From Vicugna vicugna (lineage: Eukaryota): a stretch of 64,000 nt of DNA. The stretch is from assembly GCA_013265495.1 (NCBI GenBank), contig MU058059.1:2393502-2457501 (forward strand), read 5' to 3'. Of this stretch, positions 24,452-37,770 are shown in pieces. The translations under genes and the position numbers were made by a program. A model generated the notes under the pieces. It was not told the origin of the DNA and did not search any database. It saw only the letters and a list, made by a program, of their open reading frames with translations. Every line of letters starts with the position of its first letter. The first letter of the stretch is position 1.

Positions 24452-24650
24452 TGGAGCAGCCCAGTGGAACTTTCTGTGATGGTGGAAATGTTTCCATCTG
24501 TGCCCTCCAATATGGTAGCCACTAGACCCACGTGGCTATTGTGCACTTGAAATCTGGCCAGGGTAACTGGGGGATGAAACTTTTAATTAATTCAGATTTA
24601 AATTTACATAATCACATGTGGCTAATGGCTCCTATCCTGGAGAGCACTGT
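24452..24650 (+). mobile_element. MER3 hAT-Charlie MITE
   Basis: GAACTTTCTGTGATGGTGGAAATGTT...TCCAATATGGTAGCCACTAG...CACATGTGGCTAATGGCT. Confidence 0.85.
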
Positions 24651-26169
24651 AAAGAACCCACATTTAGAAATATGCTATTTCTTTCCTTCTTGTATGTCTG
24701 GCAGCCTTTAGCCAGGAGAACTTCTGGAAGTAACAGTATGTTTGGAGCATTGTGCAGAGCTTTGTAACCAAATTTCAATTAAACCTGCTCAGATAGGTGC
24801 ACTGTCTAAATGTCTTTGTCCCCTGTTACCAGCAGTGTGGATCCGAAATCTGTCATGTTGTTGCTTGTCTCTGACTGCTTTCTGCAGACGGACCTGGGTT
24901 TCAAATCTTAAGATGTACATGCCTGTGTTCTGCGAAATTATCCTTTAAAATCAGCACGAAGGCTTTTGGTAATTGACATCACTTGCCTGCCTTTGAAAAG
25001 GGAAATATTTAATTAAACTTTGTATAAAAATGAAATAAAACTGTGCTTTCTTTTTAGATCACTTTCTTCCCTTAAGCAACTGACTGTCTCTTTCAGTCTC
25101 TGTCAGCAGATTTAATCTCACTTCCAGTAAATCCTTTTCCGTCATATTATCTTCATTTAAATACCGATGTGCTTTAGGATAATTCCACGTCTTTATACAT
25201 CATGCCTGTAATGACATCCTGCTCCCAGCGTTTCTGTCATTTGTGCATTTGTAAATGGGCCATCTCTGTTCTTTTAAGGGCACAATTTCATATTGAGCAA
25301 ATGGAAAATATATCAGAGCGTGGTTATTTCTCTGATTGGTTTTATTTATGTTAAAGTGACAGGAACGCTTGAAATCACTCTCCGTCTTCATCGTTTTCTG
25401 TTCTGGGCTCTGCCTTTCCCTACTCAGCCTTCACCCACATTTCTCTGAAGGTGACTCTCAGAAACATGTCTCTAAATCTGACACTTGTCTCCCCCTCCAT
25501 GTCCCCAGCTTTGTTTTTTTAAACATTTAACTATTAACTCTTTTTTCAAAACGTTGCATCTCTGAAACGGACCTCATCATCTCAGATTTCTCTGTTGTGC
25601 TCACTGCCTCTGTCCCTAAGTCACTCATTTCTTCCCTTCCAGTTTCTACCTGTTTCTTTCCAGAATAATTGCTACCAACCTGTTCAGTTTCTTATAAGAT
25701 TTTCTGAACCTCTTCAGTAACCTGCTGTGCTTCTGTCTAAATCTCGTTCACTTCACTCTTGGTATGATTGACATAAGAACTTTCTAAAACACTATTAAAG
25801 TCCAAAGAGTTTGGAGAGTTGGGCTCACAGCCCGCTCCTTCTCTTGGCAGCAGGTGTAGAAGCAGTTTTTCTGAACGTCTTGGCCCTTGGTGATTGCATT
25901 ATTTGGGTGAGACTTATTTGTTCCATGGGCACCTGTTTTATCGTTCAGTCTGGACTGTAAGTTCTCAGAGAGGAGAAAGCATGGTTTAGAATTACGTACA
26001 GAACTGAGTACTAATCTTTACAAAAGGTAGATGCTCTGTAAATTTAGTATGAAGGTGATGTAAGAGACTTCGGGGGTTAGGTGAGAAGCTTGCCTTTTCT
26101 TCAAGGTGGCAGAACCGGTTGACCAGGAAGCCCCTCCAATCCTGAATCAAACGAAGTACTTCACAAATG

Positions 26170-26399
26170 CAGTTGACCCTTGAATAATGCATGGTTGGGG
26201 TGCCGACCTTCCTCTCAGTTGAAAATCTGTGTATAACTTATAGTTGGCCTTTGTATCACGTTTCTTCTGTGTCCGTGGTTCCATTTTCATGGATTCAACC
26301 AACCACGGGTCCTGAAGTACAGTAGTACTTACTGTCGCAAACAATCCACATGTAAGTGGGCCCGAGCAGTTCAAACCCGTGTTGTTCAAGGGTCCCCTA
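26170..26399 (-). mobile_element. Tigger2-derived MITE (Tigger2a-type), second copy
   Basis: Ends CAGTTGACCCTTGAATAA and GCAGTTCAAACCCGTGTTGTTCAAGGGTC; reverse-complement homolog of 10604-10821. Confidence 0.85.
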
Positions 26400-27516
26400 T
26401 ACATTAAAATTTCAATATTAAAAATATTTTAAGACTTTATACTCAGACCACAAAAGGGAAACCTTCATGGAATGAAGAGGAGGCCACAGCATCAATGGAC
26501 AAGGGGTGAGATGAGCCCACATGTGCCTTAGGGTCTGGAGTTTTAGGCTGAGGCCACAGGCTTCACTGGAAATGGTCTTAGACTTGGACATGGAAGCCCC
26601 ACTGGAAAAACTAACTTAATCCACCTGGGAAATTGGACCCCATCAATTTCATGTTTGATGAGCTAAATTTTCCTTATGTGGAAGCCCTAAATTCAGAAAC
26701 TAACATAAAACTTGGTCTGCAAGTCAGTGTACCCAAAAGACCGCACTGGGGATGCTTCCACAGCCCAAGACACTTGTGGGACCTCCGGGGGAAAATGGAT
26801 TATAGATCACTGTGAGCTCATGGATGAACATTACAAACTCGGAAGGTCCACTGTCAGGAGTATGGTCAGCAGACACAACAAAGAAGACCAAAGCTAAAGG
26901 AATACAATCTGCAGGGCACAATGAGGGCGTTAAACACAACGGACAGCTAATTTGGGGAAGGAGAATCTAGACGTGAACATAGAGCCATTCCCGGCGAGCC
27001 CAGGAGAAGCCGTGTTTTCCTGTATCCAGCGTTCTCTGCACATTCGTAACACGCTGGAGCCTGTCTGTCCTGGGGGCTGGGAGGAGCTTGAGTGAATGTA
27101 TTAAAGACATTTCCCCAAACCTCCTGTTTGCCGGTGTCTCTACCTTCATCTCTGTTTCATCAAATCTGCGAAGTCGAAACAAACTTGACAGAGTGGAATT
27201 TAATTTTCCCTCTTTAAGTCTTTTCCCACTCCCTTGAAGAGTTAGGAATGTGTAATGAGGTGGTTCCAAAGCAGGCGCTGGAAGGCAGGGAGGAGAAACG
27301 GGGTGCACGTGCCAGCCGAGGGGGCCACGGCCCCCACCCCAGAGAGGCGACTGGGTGCCGGTGGGAGATGGGTCTTATTGAGGGCATCCTGGGCAGGGGC
27401 TCCTGGGCAAAAATCTGTGTCTTCTTCCTTTAAATGAGTGAGCCTAACCACATACAGGAAACGCAGCCTGCACCTCTCAGAGGGACTCTGTGAGGTTTGA
27501 AGCAAAGGGTTGTGTC

Positions 27517-28420
27517 CTTTTATAAAACTGAAACGTAGTTGATGTTGAGTGTAGTGCTAGTTTCAGGTGTACAGCAAAGTGGTTTGGTCATATATATATG
27601 TGTATGTCTGTGAATGAATATATATTCTTTTGCAGATTCCTTTCTACCGTAGACCATTACAAGATAGTGAATATAGTTCCCTGTGCTATACATTAGGTCC
27701 TTGTTTATTTTTTATGTACTAGTGTGTATATCTTAAACCCAAACTCCTAATTTATCCCTCCCCTGACTCCTTTCCCCTATGGTAACCATAGTTTGTTTTC
27801 TATGTCTGTGAGTCTGTTTCTGGTTTGTAAATGAGTTCATTTGTATCATTTTTTTTTAGATTCCACATATAAATGATATTATGATATTTGTCTTTCTCTG
27901 TCTAACTTATTTCACTTATTATGATAATCTCTAGGTCCTTCCATGTTGCTGCAAATGGCATTATTTCATTCTTTTTTATGGCTGAGTAGTATTCCATTGT
28001 ATATGTACCACATCTTCTTTATCCAGTCATCTGTCGATGGACATTTAGGTTGCTTCCATGTCCTGACTATTGCAAATAGTGCTGCTGTGAACATTGGGGT
28101 GCGTGTATCTTTTCAGATTAGAGTTCCCTTGGATATATGCCCAGGAATGGGATCACTGGATCATATGGTAAGTCTATTCCTAGTCTCTTGAGGAATCTCC
28201 ATACTGTTTTCCACAGTGGCTGCACCAAACTGCATTCCCACCAGCAGTGTAGGAGGTTCCCTTTTCTCCACAGCCTCTCCAGCATTTCTCATTCATGGAC
28301 TTTTGAATGATGGCCATTCTGACTAGTGTGAGGTGATACCTCATTGTATTTTGATTTGCATTTCTCTAATTATTAGTGATACTGGGGACCTTTTCGTGTG
28401 CCTGTTGGCCATCTGGATGT
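27517..28420 (-). mobile_element. L1 3' UTR plus ORF2 C-terminal region, 5'-truncated
   Basis: Antisense L1 sequence: CATGTTGCTGCAAATGGCATTATTTCATTC, GGCTGCACCAAACTGCATTCCCACCAGCAGTG and GTGTGAGGTGATACCTCATTG. Confidence 0.93.
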
Positions 28421-29044
28421 AATTTTTTAATTCTTCGTTGGATTCAAGTAGAACTGGGCCTGAATTTGGTGACATACTTTAGGTCCTTTTCCTGCTGTGC
28501 TCAGACCTCCTGTCTGACAGAGGACTGAGGCTGAAGTGGTGAAATTACAAATGCAGTATCAGAAGGTCTCAGCTAGTCCTGCAGCAGGTTTTTCATCAGG
28601 CTGACCTGTAGTTAAACTCTAAATGTGAGAACTGAGGCATTTCTGTGAATTAGGAATGTTTTCTTGGCTTTGTTAGTATTATGTCATGTCTGTCTCTAAT
28701 ATTGTAGGATATTAAAAATGAAGATAAACTGAGTATAAAGATATTCACCTCTGATTTATAGTATTTTCCTGGTTGGAAAAAATGGAAGCAATTCTGAGAT
28801 TCTCAGATTTAAAAAACAACAATAATACTAGTGGCCAGTCATTATTAGAGTGCCTGCTCTGAGTCTGACGGCGTGTTTTTCTGCGCATGTAATTCTCTGT
28901 GATTATGACCCGCGTCGGGCAGCGAGAGACCCTGGGACTTAAGGAGAAGGAGGAGCCGTCTCAGTCCCCAGAGCAAGGCTTTCTTTGACTTCAGCCTCTG
29001 GAGTCACCTGGTCTTGCCTGGGACGCCCCCTGAGGGGGAGGTGG

Positions 29045-29200
29045 GGGAGAGAGCCGACTGTGAAGTGGTCCTGGGTTCAAATTCCCACCCTGGGGCTCGG
29101 GCTGGTTACTTGGCATCTCTGTGCCCCATTTCCCATGTGCCAGGAACAGTACTGTCTCTTCAGCGGGGCCCAGTGGGTTCACACGTGGAGGGGAAGCGGG
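29045..29200 (+). mobile_element. Degenerate MIR
   Basis: CCTGGGTTCAAATTCCCACC...GGTTACTTGGCATCTCTGTGCCCCATTTCC. Confidence 0.55.
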
Positions 29201-30232
29201 CTCCTACGAAGCACGCCCTGGTCTGACAGTGGTGGGCCGGGCTGTGCTCCCACCTGGTCTCGGCCCCACCGACACCCCTCCTGGGTCTGGGCAGGGCGCA
29301 CGGAGAGGGGCGTCTGTGTCTGCAGCTCCTCCGTCCTCCCTGTGGTTCCCTCGCCCATGTCCCTCCGTCCCAGCCCCTAGGCTCAGTTCCCAGCTCTTGT
29401 CCACCTCTGCTGTCCCTACCATACTGCCCACCCGCACCAGCCCTGTTGTGATGAAATGCTCGGGGTGACCTGAGCACGTGTTAATTTTGCAGACATGGTA
29501 AGTTTTACTAGAGCCCTAAGTGTGATTTTGGCCGGGGGGTGGGAGCAGAAGGGGAAGCAGACTGAGGATACTAGCGACACCTTCCTGTGAAACCTCAGGG
29601 TTGCCTCTTGCTTTGCGGGCAAGTGAACATTCTCGGCATTGAGTTATCCAGAGAAAGTCAGCAGTCCTGAGCTTCTGCAGGACCTGGCACTGGTGGAGTC
29701 TGAGAGCAGGATATGAAAAAGGGAATTGGAGAACCAGCTGGCCTCAGAAATACCTACTCTCAGGGATCTCCAGGAGCAAAAGACCCACCCGGACCCACCC
29801 GCTCCTCGCCCCTCCACCTTTCCTCAGCTCCGGTCCCTGCTGTTCTGGGCTTGGGAGATTGCCCTTGGTAAGTAGAGGGTGAGGTGTGGATGGAGACGGG
29901 CCCCCCCAGCGCAAGACGAACTGCACGCACCCTGGTGCCACTGTGCTCTGGGAGTCAGGTTTAGCGGTGCGCTTGTGACAGCGCCTCCTTGGGACATCAT
30001 GTGCCACGTGACACATTGTAAATTGCTCAGGTATGCAAATTACCTGAAGCACATAGTTTCCAGAAGAACATTCATTGTAATTTCCAGGTAGCCTGCTTAC
30101 AAATGAATTTCTTGAGCAAAGCCTGTTTGCGAGCAGAGGAGACGATATGTACTTGCACTTGACTCATAAGGCATCAGAGGTGGAAATAGTGTGAGCTGAG
30201 TGCCTCATTACCCTGAAAGACACCACTTAGCA

Positions 30233-30240
30233 GTGCGTGC

Positions 30241-30279
<39 letters not shown>
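30233..30279. repeat. Compound (GT)n(GA)n microsatellite
   Basis: gtgcgtgc(gt)11(ga)8 read directly. Confidence 0.93.
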
Positions 30280-30280
<1 letters not shown>

Positions 30281-33200
30281 GTGGGAGGAAGACACTGAGA
30301 GATTTGATCCGATGTTTGGAAGGTACTGTCTCTGTAGTTTGGTGGGAAGGGGCAGCATTATAACCGTGGCCCTATTTTAGCAAAATTTCTGAAGTCTTAG
30401 AAAGTGCCTTGTACTTGTCAAATCTACCTTGTATGAAACAGGCTTCAACCAGAGGATTCATTTTCCTTGGCAACTTTTTTTTTCCTATTTGAAATGTCTA
30501 AGTTTTTACCAAGGCACACTATTTTTCGATACTTTTAATACTTTACACTATTTTCAATGAAGATGTGAATTTAACCTCATTTAAAATGAATAAAAACAAT
30601 ACTTACCCGTGGTTTAATTTTTTTTTTTGAACAATTGAGTATTTGTTCAAGTCTGCCTTTGGTTGAGCAGTTATTTTTTTCAGTCAATAATGGGCCCAAA
30701 TTGCCACAAGTCAGGTTGTAGCTTAGGCAACCAGTGTGCCTTGTCAGATGGTCCTACCGGGAAAAAAATGCAAGCATCACCAGGTTACATGGATCACTCC
30801 CTCAGGAGCAGGGGAGAGGCCAGAGAGACGGTGCCTGGGTCCCAGGCTGCGCCAGCGAGCCCTGAACTAGTTTCCGTCGCAGCCACCCTCCTTCCAAGGA
30901 CAGGGAAGCTTCCCTGCGCCCTGGTCCCCTGCAGGGGAAGCTGTTTGCCGTGGAACTGCCCTGATTTGCACTGGTCTTGAATGGGATGTTGTGCAGATTC
31001 AGAGTCGTGATGTCTGAGCTGGGGCTGCAGCCGGGCCAAGCGGCTCCCTGTGGGCTGAGAGCCGAGGTCGGGGGGCCCGGGGGCTGGCTTCCCCATGGCG
31101 CTGTTACACCAGCGGGGCAGGTACTGAGAAACTTGGCAGCAAGTACTGAGGGCCAGGGATCATCTGGCTTCTGAACACTTGAAAGAGTTCATATGATGGG
31201 TTTTGGGGTGATTTTTGCACGAGACCCCAAAGAGATTCATATCTGGGATGATTTTTGTAAAATTAAGTCCAGGCCTATGTCATTGGGGTGAACATGAACC
31301 CTGGGTCTGAGACCTTCTGTAAGCTGGTTCCCGCCCAGCCAGGCCCTGGCATGTGGATTCCTAATCAAGACAAAAAGGATTTAAATCCAGTATTGGGTTA
31401 ATGTGTTTTCTCTGTGACAACATTATTGCGTCCATGAGACACTTCTTCCTGGAAGCCCGTCGCCTCTACAGCTGTCTCCTCTTTCCTTGCGCTGCTGCCA
31501 TCCTTTAAGCTTTGCCAGCGGCTTTTAACATCCTTTTTTATTATTTTAATGAGGCTATAGGTTCTGTTAAGTCCAGTGTCCTAGTCCTTCTCTGGCTTTT
31601 ATCTCTCCTATTCCATAAGCAGGGGTCTTTCTTATAAGCTGCTTTTCTCTTTCCAGTCGAGGTACCCAGCGGCTGCCCAGTTAAGGTTTGTGGGACCAGG
31701 GGGCAAAGACTGATCTTCGCAGCGAGGAGTGAGCCTCTCAGATCTTAAGCGCCCTGGGTTTAGTGCAGGAGGGGCTTGATCTGCCCCAGGAATCTCCTGC
31801 CTCTATTTATAAAAAGGTGAACTCTTTCTCTTCCCTGAGGGGACAGAGTGTGATGGACTCTCTTGGCGCTGTATGAAACTACAACTCTCCAAAGCCGTGC
31901 GGGAGAGCTGCGTAGTCCGGAATCTAAAATCTGGTTGCCGACTTTACCTCTGAAATCTGAAAACTGAGACTTGAAAAGTTTTTTTTTTCTTTTTTTCCTT
32001 TACAGTGATGCTTGTTCAAAGTGTGCTTGCTTGTCAAGGAGAAATTGGGTCTAGATGGTCTAAGCTCTTTGAAGTGCAGAACTCTCAGTCCTACTACACA
32101 GTGGGAGAATGGGTGAAAGTGGGCCGTCTGAAGTTGGACGGAAGCAGAGGAGGGTTTTCCAAAGCCCGACCCCACTTATTTGTGCTGTAGTAGGATACAA
32201 CTGACAGTGTGTCAGCCACGTCTTTCTATGGGACGTTGCGCTGATGAGTGCCCCCCTGTGGCCAGCATGTGATGGCAGGTTATGCCCACTTTGGGAGGGT
32301 TCCCTTCCAGAGGATCTCTTGTGAGATTTCCGCATAAGATAAACAGATGCCAAGGCCAGGTCCCCAGGGGTTTGCGTAAACATGAGTAGGAAGGAGTAAG
32401 GGGTGGCAGAGGAGGGGGCAGAGAGAGGCTGACGGAAGAGAAAATGAGCGTGGATGTGATTGTAAGGGCACAGGAGGGGCACCTTCCTGTGTTGTGATCT
32501 CCAAGAGCACTTTTGCCCCAGAAACTTCATTAAGGTTGCCAAAGATCGAAAGCTTGGATGCAGTCACCAGTGAGACCATTTCTCAAAGACAGAATCAGAC
32601 ATTCATGTCTGACTGTCCTACATGCCATGGTTTAACTAGTGGGTATTCCTTAAACGCAGCATTTCTGGTATCCACAAAATAACTATTCAAGTGTGTCAGA
32701 CAGAGGACCCGCTCCAGAGGGCTTCCTATCCACACGTGGACCCTTGCTCCTTTCATCCTGCAGGGAGGGAACTTGGTGGGTCCTCTTGACTGAGAACAGG
32801 TACCCTCAACTCTGCACATTTTTTTCCTATTATTTCTTTGGTCTTTTCTGTTACTCGGTTTTTTCTTTCAAAGTTTGTATTAGATACACGTTAAAAACTT
32901 TTTACGTAACTTTTATTTCATATTTTTAAATCACTCCTCCCTCTCTCTCTCTCTTTTTTTTTTTTTCAGTGGGAGGCAGTCAACTTTTAGGATAATTCTT
33001 CTTTGGCTCTGTCTTCCAAGTTCCTAATTTATTCTTTAGCTGTATCCTTTTTTCCTGTTTAGACCAAATATTGTGTTTTTCATTGCAAAAATTATGTTTT
33101 TTTTACTTTTTAGAATCACTTCTTTATTATCATAGTAGCCTGTTTCTTTTGGGCCACTTTTAAAATCTCCTCTTTGCTCTAATACTTACTTGCTAAAGCG

Positions 33201-33829
33201 TTACCTCCGCCAGGTGTGGGCTTTGCTGCCTCTCTTGCTGGGTGTTCATTTTCTTAAAATATTTGACAATTTGTGGTTGTGTGCACGTCTCTGTACTTGA
33301 GGTTTGATAGTCCCCTGTTTGGGAGGCGATGTTTGTTTTCAGCTGCTTTCCTTCAGAGATTGTGGGAGATGGGGGTGCTGCCTCGGGATCCCTATTCCTC
33401 CAGGGTGTCAAAACCCTTCTACAGCAGACTTGCTCAGACCTGCTGTGTGCACACCCTGTGCTGAGCGGGATTTACCTCTTTGAGTGGACACTGGAAAATA
33501 AGCACTGTATTAAAACTATGGTTTTGTGGAAGTTCAAAAAGAGAATGGGTTACATTTAATGCAAGGAATAAGAAAAGCTCTCTGAGGGATTCTGAGATGG
33601 TACTTGAAGAATGGATGATGAGGGAATGCAATTTAAGTGCAGGCAACCGAATGGAACAAAGGACAGGTGGGCAGGAGAGAAAGATTCTGGGAAACTTGCA
33701 TCATCTAGTTCGCTAGAGAGGTGTAATAATAACAATGACAGCAGAAATCATGATAATAATAATAACAAATGAAATTAGTTAAGACTTCCATGTGTTGAGG
33801 ACCGAGAAGCTTTTTCCTTCCAGACACAA

Positions 33830-33985
33830 GCATCTTCCATCCAAGTGCTCAAACCAGAAACTGGGGAGGGGTCCCAGCTGCCTCCTCCCCTCATGCAGGC
33901 GGTCAGCTGTTCCTGTCCGCTCTTCCTCCTCAGTATCCCTCAAATCTGCCCATTTCTCTCCGTTCCCATTTCTACCACCCTTTTG
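33830..33985 (+). mobile_element. L2 fragment
   Basis: CCATCCAAGTGCTCAAACCAGAAACTGGG...CAAATCTGCCCATTTCTCTCC...CTACCACCC. Confidence 0.6.
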
Positions 33986-34584
33986 ATGAAATATCTACTC
34001 ATTTATACTTTTGTTCTGTGAAGACAAGAAAATTGAATGTGGGGTAAAATAATGCATTTGTTTTGGGGCATATTTCTGTCTTATTACTGGTAAGTTTTCC
34101 TCACAGTGATGTCCAGTGTACAGTTGGAAATGGAGACGTAGTCATTGAGGAAAAGGTCGGAGTGAAAGCAGCAGATTTGGAAGAGAATATAATTTACCAT
34201 ATGGGACTGGACTTTCTGTTTGAAGGGAAAGTCGATGAAGAGAGGCAAAGTGAAGTTTTGGTACGGAGCCAGTGTAAACTCCTCCATGTGAGGGACCGTC
34301 TGCATTGTGTGTTGAGCTACACTGTTTGCAGGATGTCAACATATGTTCTGTCCTCTCCCATTGAAGAGGTTCTAATTTATGGGGAAGACAAGACATGTCT
34401 GAATGAAAAATTCAGTTAACACTGGCTAGTACATCACTGAATGCCAAGTGAATGGTAGATACTTTTGGGTCCCAAGTTATGTTCTGCAAGATTTAATAGC
34501 TTTATCAAAACCAGAGGATTCTGCAGCAGGATGATTGGCAATCCTTTCGCTCTAGGACTTACCAAAGTTAACAAATCTGTGTCT

Positions 34585-36800
34585 ATACAATGTCTTTCCC
34601 CCTAAGTACTTTTTTAGTGGCATCCCCCAAATTTTGATAGTGTGTTTTGATTTTCATTTAGTTGAAAATACTTTATAATTTCTCTTTTGTTTTTTTTCCT
34701 TTGACCTATGGGTTATTTTGAAACGTGTTAGTGTGTTAGAAACATACAAATATTTGGAGATTTTCCAGATATCTTTATGTTACTCATTTCTCATTTAACT
34801 CCATTGTGGCCAAAAAGCATACTCTAGTATGATTTGAATCCTTTAAAATTTTTGAGGTGTATTTATAGCCCAGAATGTTTTCTATCTTGACAAATATTCT
34901 GAGTGCACTTGGAAGGAATGTATATTCTGCTGTTATTGGGTATAATGTCCTATAAATGTCAATTAGGCCAAATTGGTTAATGATTTTTAAATCTTATATA
35001 TCACTACTGATTTTCTGTCTACTTTTCTATCAATTATTAAGCAAGTGGCATTGAAATCCCTGATTGTAATTATGGATTTGTTTATTTCTACCTGTAGTTC
35101 TATCAGTTTTTGCCTCATTCATTTGGAAACTCTATTATTAGGCACATAAATGTTTGGATTATTATATTCTCTTGATGATGTGACTGTTATCCTTATGAAA
35201 TGACCTCCTTTATCCCTGCTCATATTTCATACCTGAAATCTCCTTGGTGTGACAGCTCTTTTGTGTGTGTTAGTACTAGGTAGATGTCCTACCCACCTTT
35301 ACTTTTAACTTGTTTGTATCTCTGTAAACACAAAGTGCATTTCCTGTAGGCAGCCTAGAGTTGGGGCTTGCGTTTTCATCTCATCTGGTAGTATCTTTTA
35401 ATTGGCATGTTTGGATCATTTACACTTAATGTGATTATTGATGTGGTTGGGCTTAATGGACCATCTTGCTGTTTGTTTTCTGTGTGACACCTGGCCATGG
35501 TTGACTTCCCTCTGAGTATTTTTTATGATTCTTTTTTATCTTTTTTTGTGGCTTATTAACGATAACTCTAGTAGTATTCGTATGGTTTACAGATTTAACT
35601 TTAGTGACATTATACCACTTTAAGTCCAGTGTAAGACCCTTCAGTAGGGGACTTCCATGCCTCTACCCTCAGCCTTTAGCATCATTTTATTCTTTACTTT
35701 CATATTTTTTATAAAACCCATAATATATTGTTATTACCTTTGTTTATGTAATTTTCTTTTTAAAAGATTTAAATGACAGAAACATATTTACCCCTATAGT
35801 TATGATTTCTGGTGCCCTTCATTCCTATGTATAGGCCCATGTTTCCATCTGGTGTCTTCATTTTTTTCTTCTGCCATAAAAGACCTCATTCATTCCTTAT
35901 AGTGCGTATTGGTAGGTGAGGAGTTCCTTTAGCTTTTGTATGTCTGAAAATGTGTAGTTTGCCATCATTATTTTTGGAAAATATTTTTCCTGGGTGTAGA
36001 ATCCTACTCGGAGAGTGTTTTGTTTCAGCATTTTAAAGCTGTTCTTCCTCTCTCTTCCTTCCCTCTTGCACTGGATTTCGTCGGGGACCTTTCTCTTTGG
36101 TTCACTGTCAGTATTGCCTTTTTCCTTCTCTGGTTGCTCTTAAGACTGTTTTGTTTGCTGCAAGTTTGAAGCAATCTGGTTCTGATGCACCTGGTTTGGA
36201 ATGGCTTGGTGATGCTGCCTGCCACTTGGCATAGTTGCTTTCACATGCCTTGTGCTTGAGGTTCATTCATGGGCTTCTTGGATCTGTGGGTGTGCAGTTT
36301 GCATCATTTTTGGAAAAATTTTGCCATCACTCCTTGAGATACTTTTTCTGTCTGTCCCTCTTTGCCTCCTTGGGAACTCCAGGTATGTATTTATTGTGCC
36401 CCGTGAAGGCGTTCCACATATCACTGATGCTCTTTTCATTTTTTTTTTTGTTATTGTTGTTGTAAAATAATTTCTCTGTGTGTTTCATTTTGGATAATTT
36501 CTATTGCTGTATTTTCATGTTCACTCACATCTTATTCTGCAGTGTTTAATCTGTACTTATTCCAACCCAGTCTCATTTTCATTTCACACATTGTGGGTAT
36601 CACCTGTAGACGTTCTTAGAAGTTGTATTTGGATTTTGTTGTTTTTTTAAGTGTCTTCTGTGTCTTTATGTAACGTCTTGGACATACAGAGCATAGTTAT
36701 AATAACTGTGGTGATGTTCTTGTCTCCTAGTTCCAAATCTGTGTAGGTTCTGGGTTCATATCAGTTGACTGCTTGATCTCCATATCACGGGCCCTATTTT
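34585..36800 (-). mobile_element. Ancient L1 remnant spanning the ORF2 5' part, inter-ORF region and ORF1
   Basis: GCACTTGGAAGGAATGTATATTCTGCTGTTATTGGG, TAATTATGGATTTGTTTATTTCT, AGCTTTTGTATGTCTGAAAATG and GGGCTTCTTGGATCTGTGGG are antisense L1M hallmarks. Confidence 0.85.
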
Positions 36801-37744
36801 CTGATACTCCAGGTAGATTTGACCTGAAGGAAACACACAGCGGTAACTCCTAAAACATGTGTTATGTGAAATAAGTTGATATAAATATAATGATGTATGA
36901 CTTCTGTACATAATTTACTTGAAGTTGTATGAATTTCAGAGACAGTGTGCACTGTTTGCCTGGGGGTGGGTATTTACCAGAGCATTCAGCTCTATTTTGG
37001 GCTATTTTTGTCCTGTTCTTTCCTAATAATTGACAGATGACCAGTATATAAGCCTAAACTTGCACAGCAGATGAAATATGATATGGCTTTTACAATAATG
37101 AAAGGATTCCTAGCTTTGTGAAGGATTTTTAGTGGTTCCATTTACAAATGATTTCTCTGCTGTTTGTTGTATCTACTCTGTGAAATGATGCATTCCTGCC
37201 TGGGGACGCTTCGGGCCATCCTGTTTTCCCATAACAGTATGATGAATAGAACCATCTCCAGCAGGATCATCGGGGTTGCATTGTAAAACTGGACGTGTCT
37301 TTGCACCGTGTGATTCCCAGAAGCATAGAATTTGGGCACAGGTCTTGGTGGCCCGGCAGCGTGCCTCTGGGAAGCATTAATTTCACTGCTGGTCTTCACT
37401 TGGAATGAGTTGCAGGGAGGCTGGGAGGGACTGACGCCACTGCCCTCCCTGTCCGCGTTCTTCAGGATGAGAAAGGCATCATGCCAGAAAGGATGCTCTG
37501 CCCTGCAGGTGGTACTCGCGGAAAATGGCGTCTGTCCTCAGTCTCACTTGCAGGTCAGACCGACCCTGGGATTTTACAGATTATTTGCTCCCTACCCTCG
37601 GGGTGAGATTAGTTTGCTTTGTTTTGTCTTGGCCAACACCCTCTTCGGAGGGAGCTTTTAGCTAAATTGTTAGGGAAAGATGTAACTTAATTTCTAGAGA
37701 GCATGATTCCAGACAGCCACACTGTTTCTTCTAAGCTAGCTGAG

Positions 37745-37770
37745 GGTTTTGTTTTGTTTTGTTTTGTTTG
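37745..37770. repeat. (TTTTG)n short tandem repeat
   Basis: gttttgttttgttttgttttgtttg. Confidence 0.85.

Noticed and set aside
31980..32190. Strong acceptor (T-rich...TTTACAG) followed by an open frame
   Set aside because: There is no good downstream donor and the peptide is unrecognised; T-rich pseudo-acceptors are common here (also 32969, 45192 and 54650).
34063..34419. 118-aa ORF that looks protein-like (VVIEEKVGVKAADLEENII...)
   Set aside because: The DNA resembles a degenerate antisense L2 segment, I recognise no protein family, and there is no clear donor.
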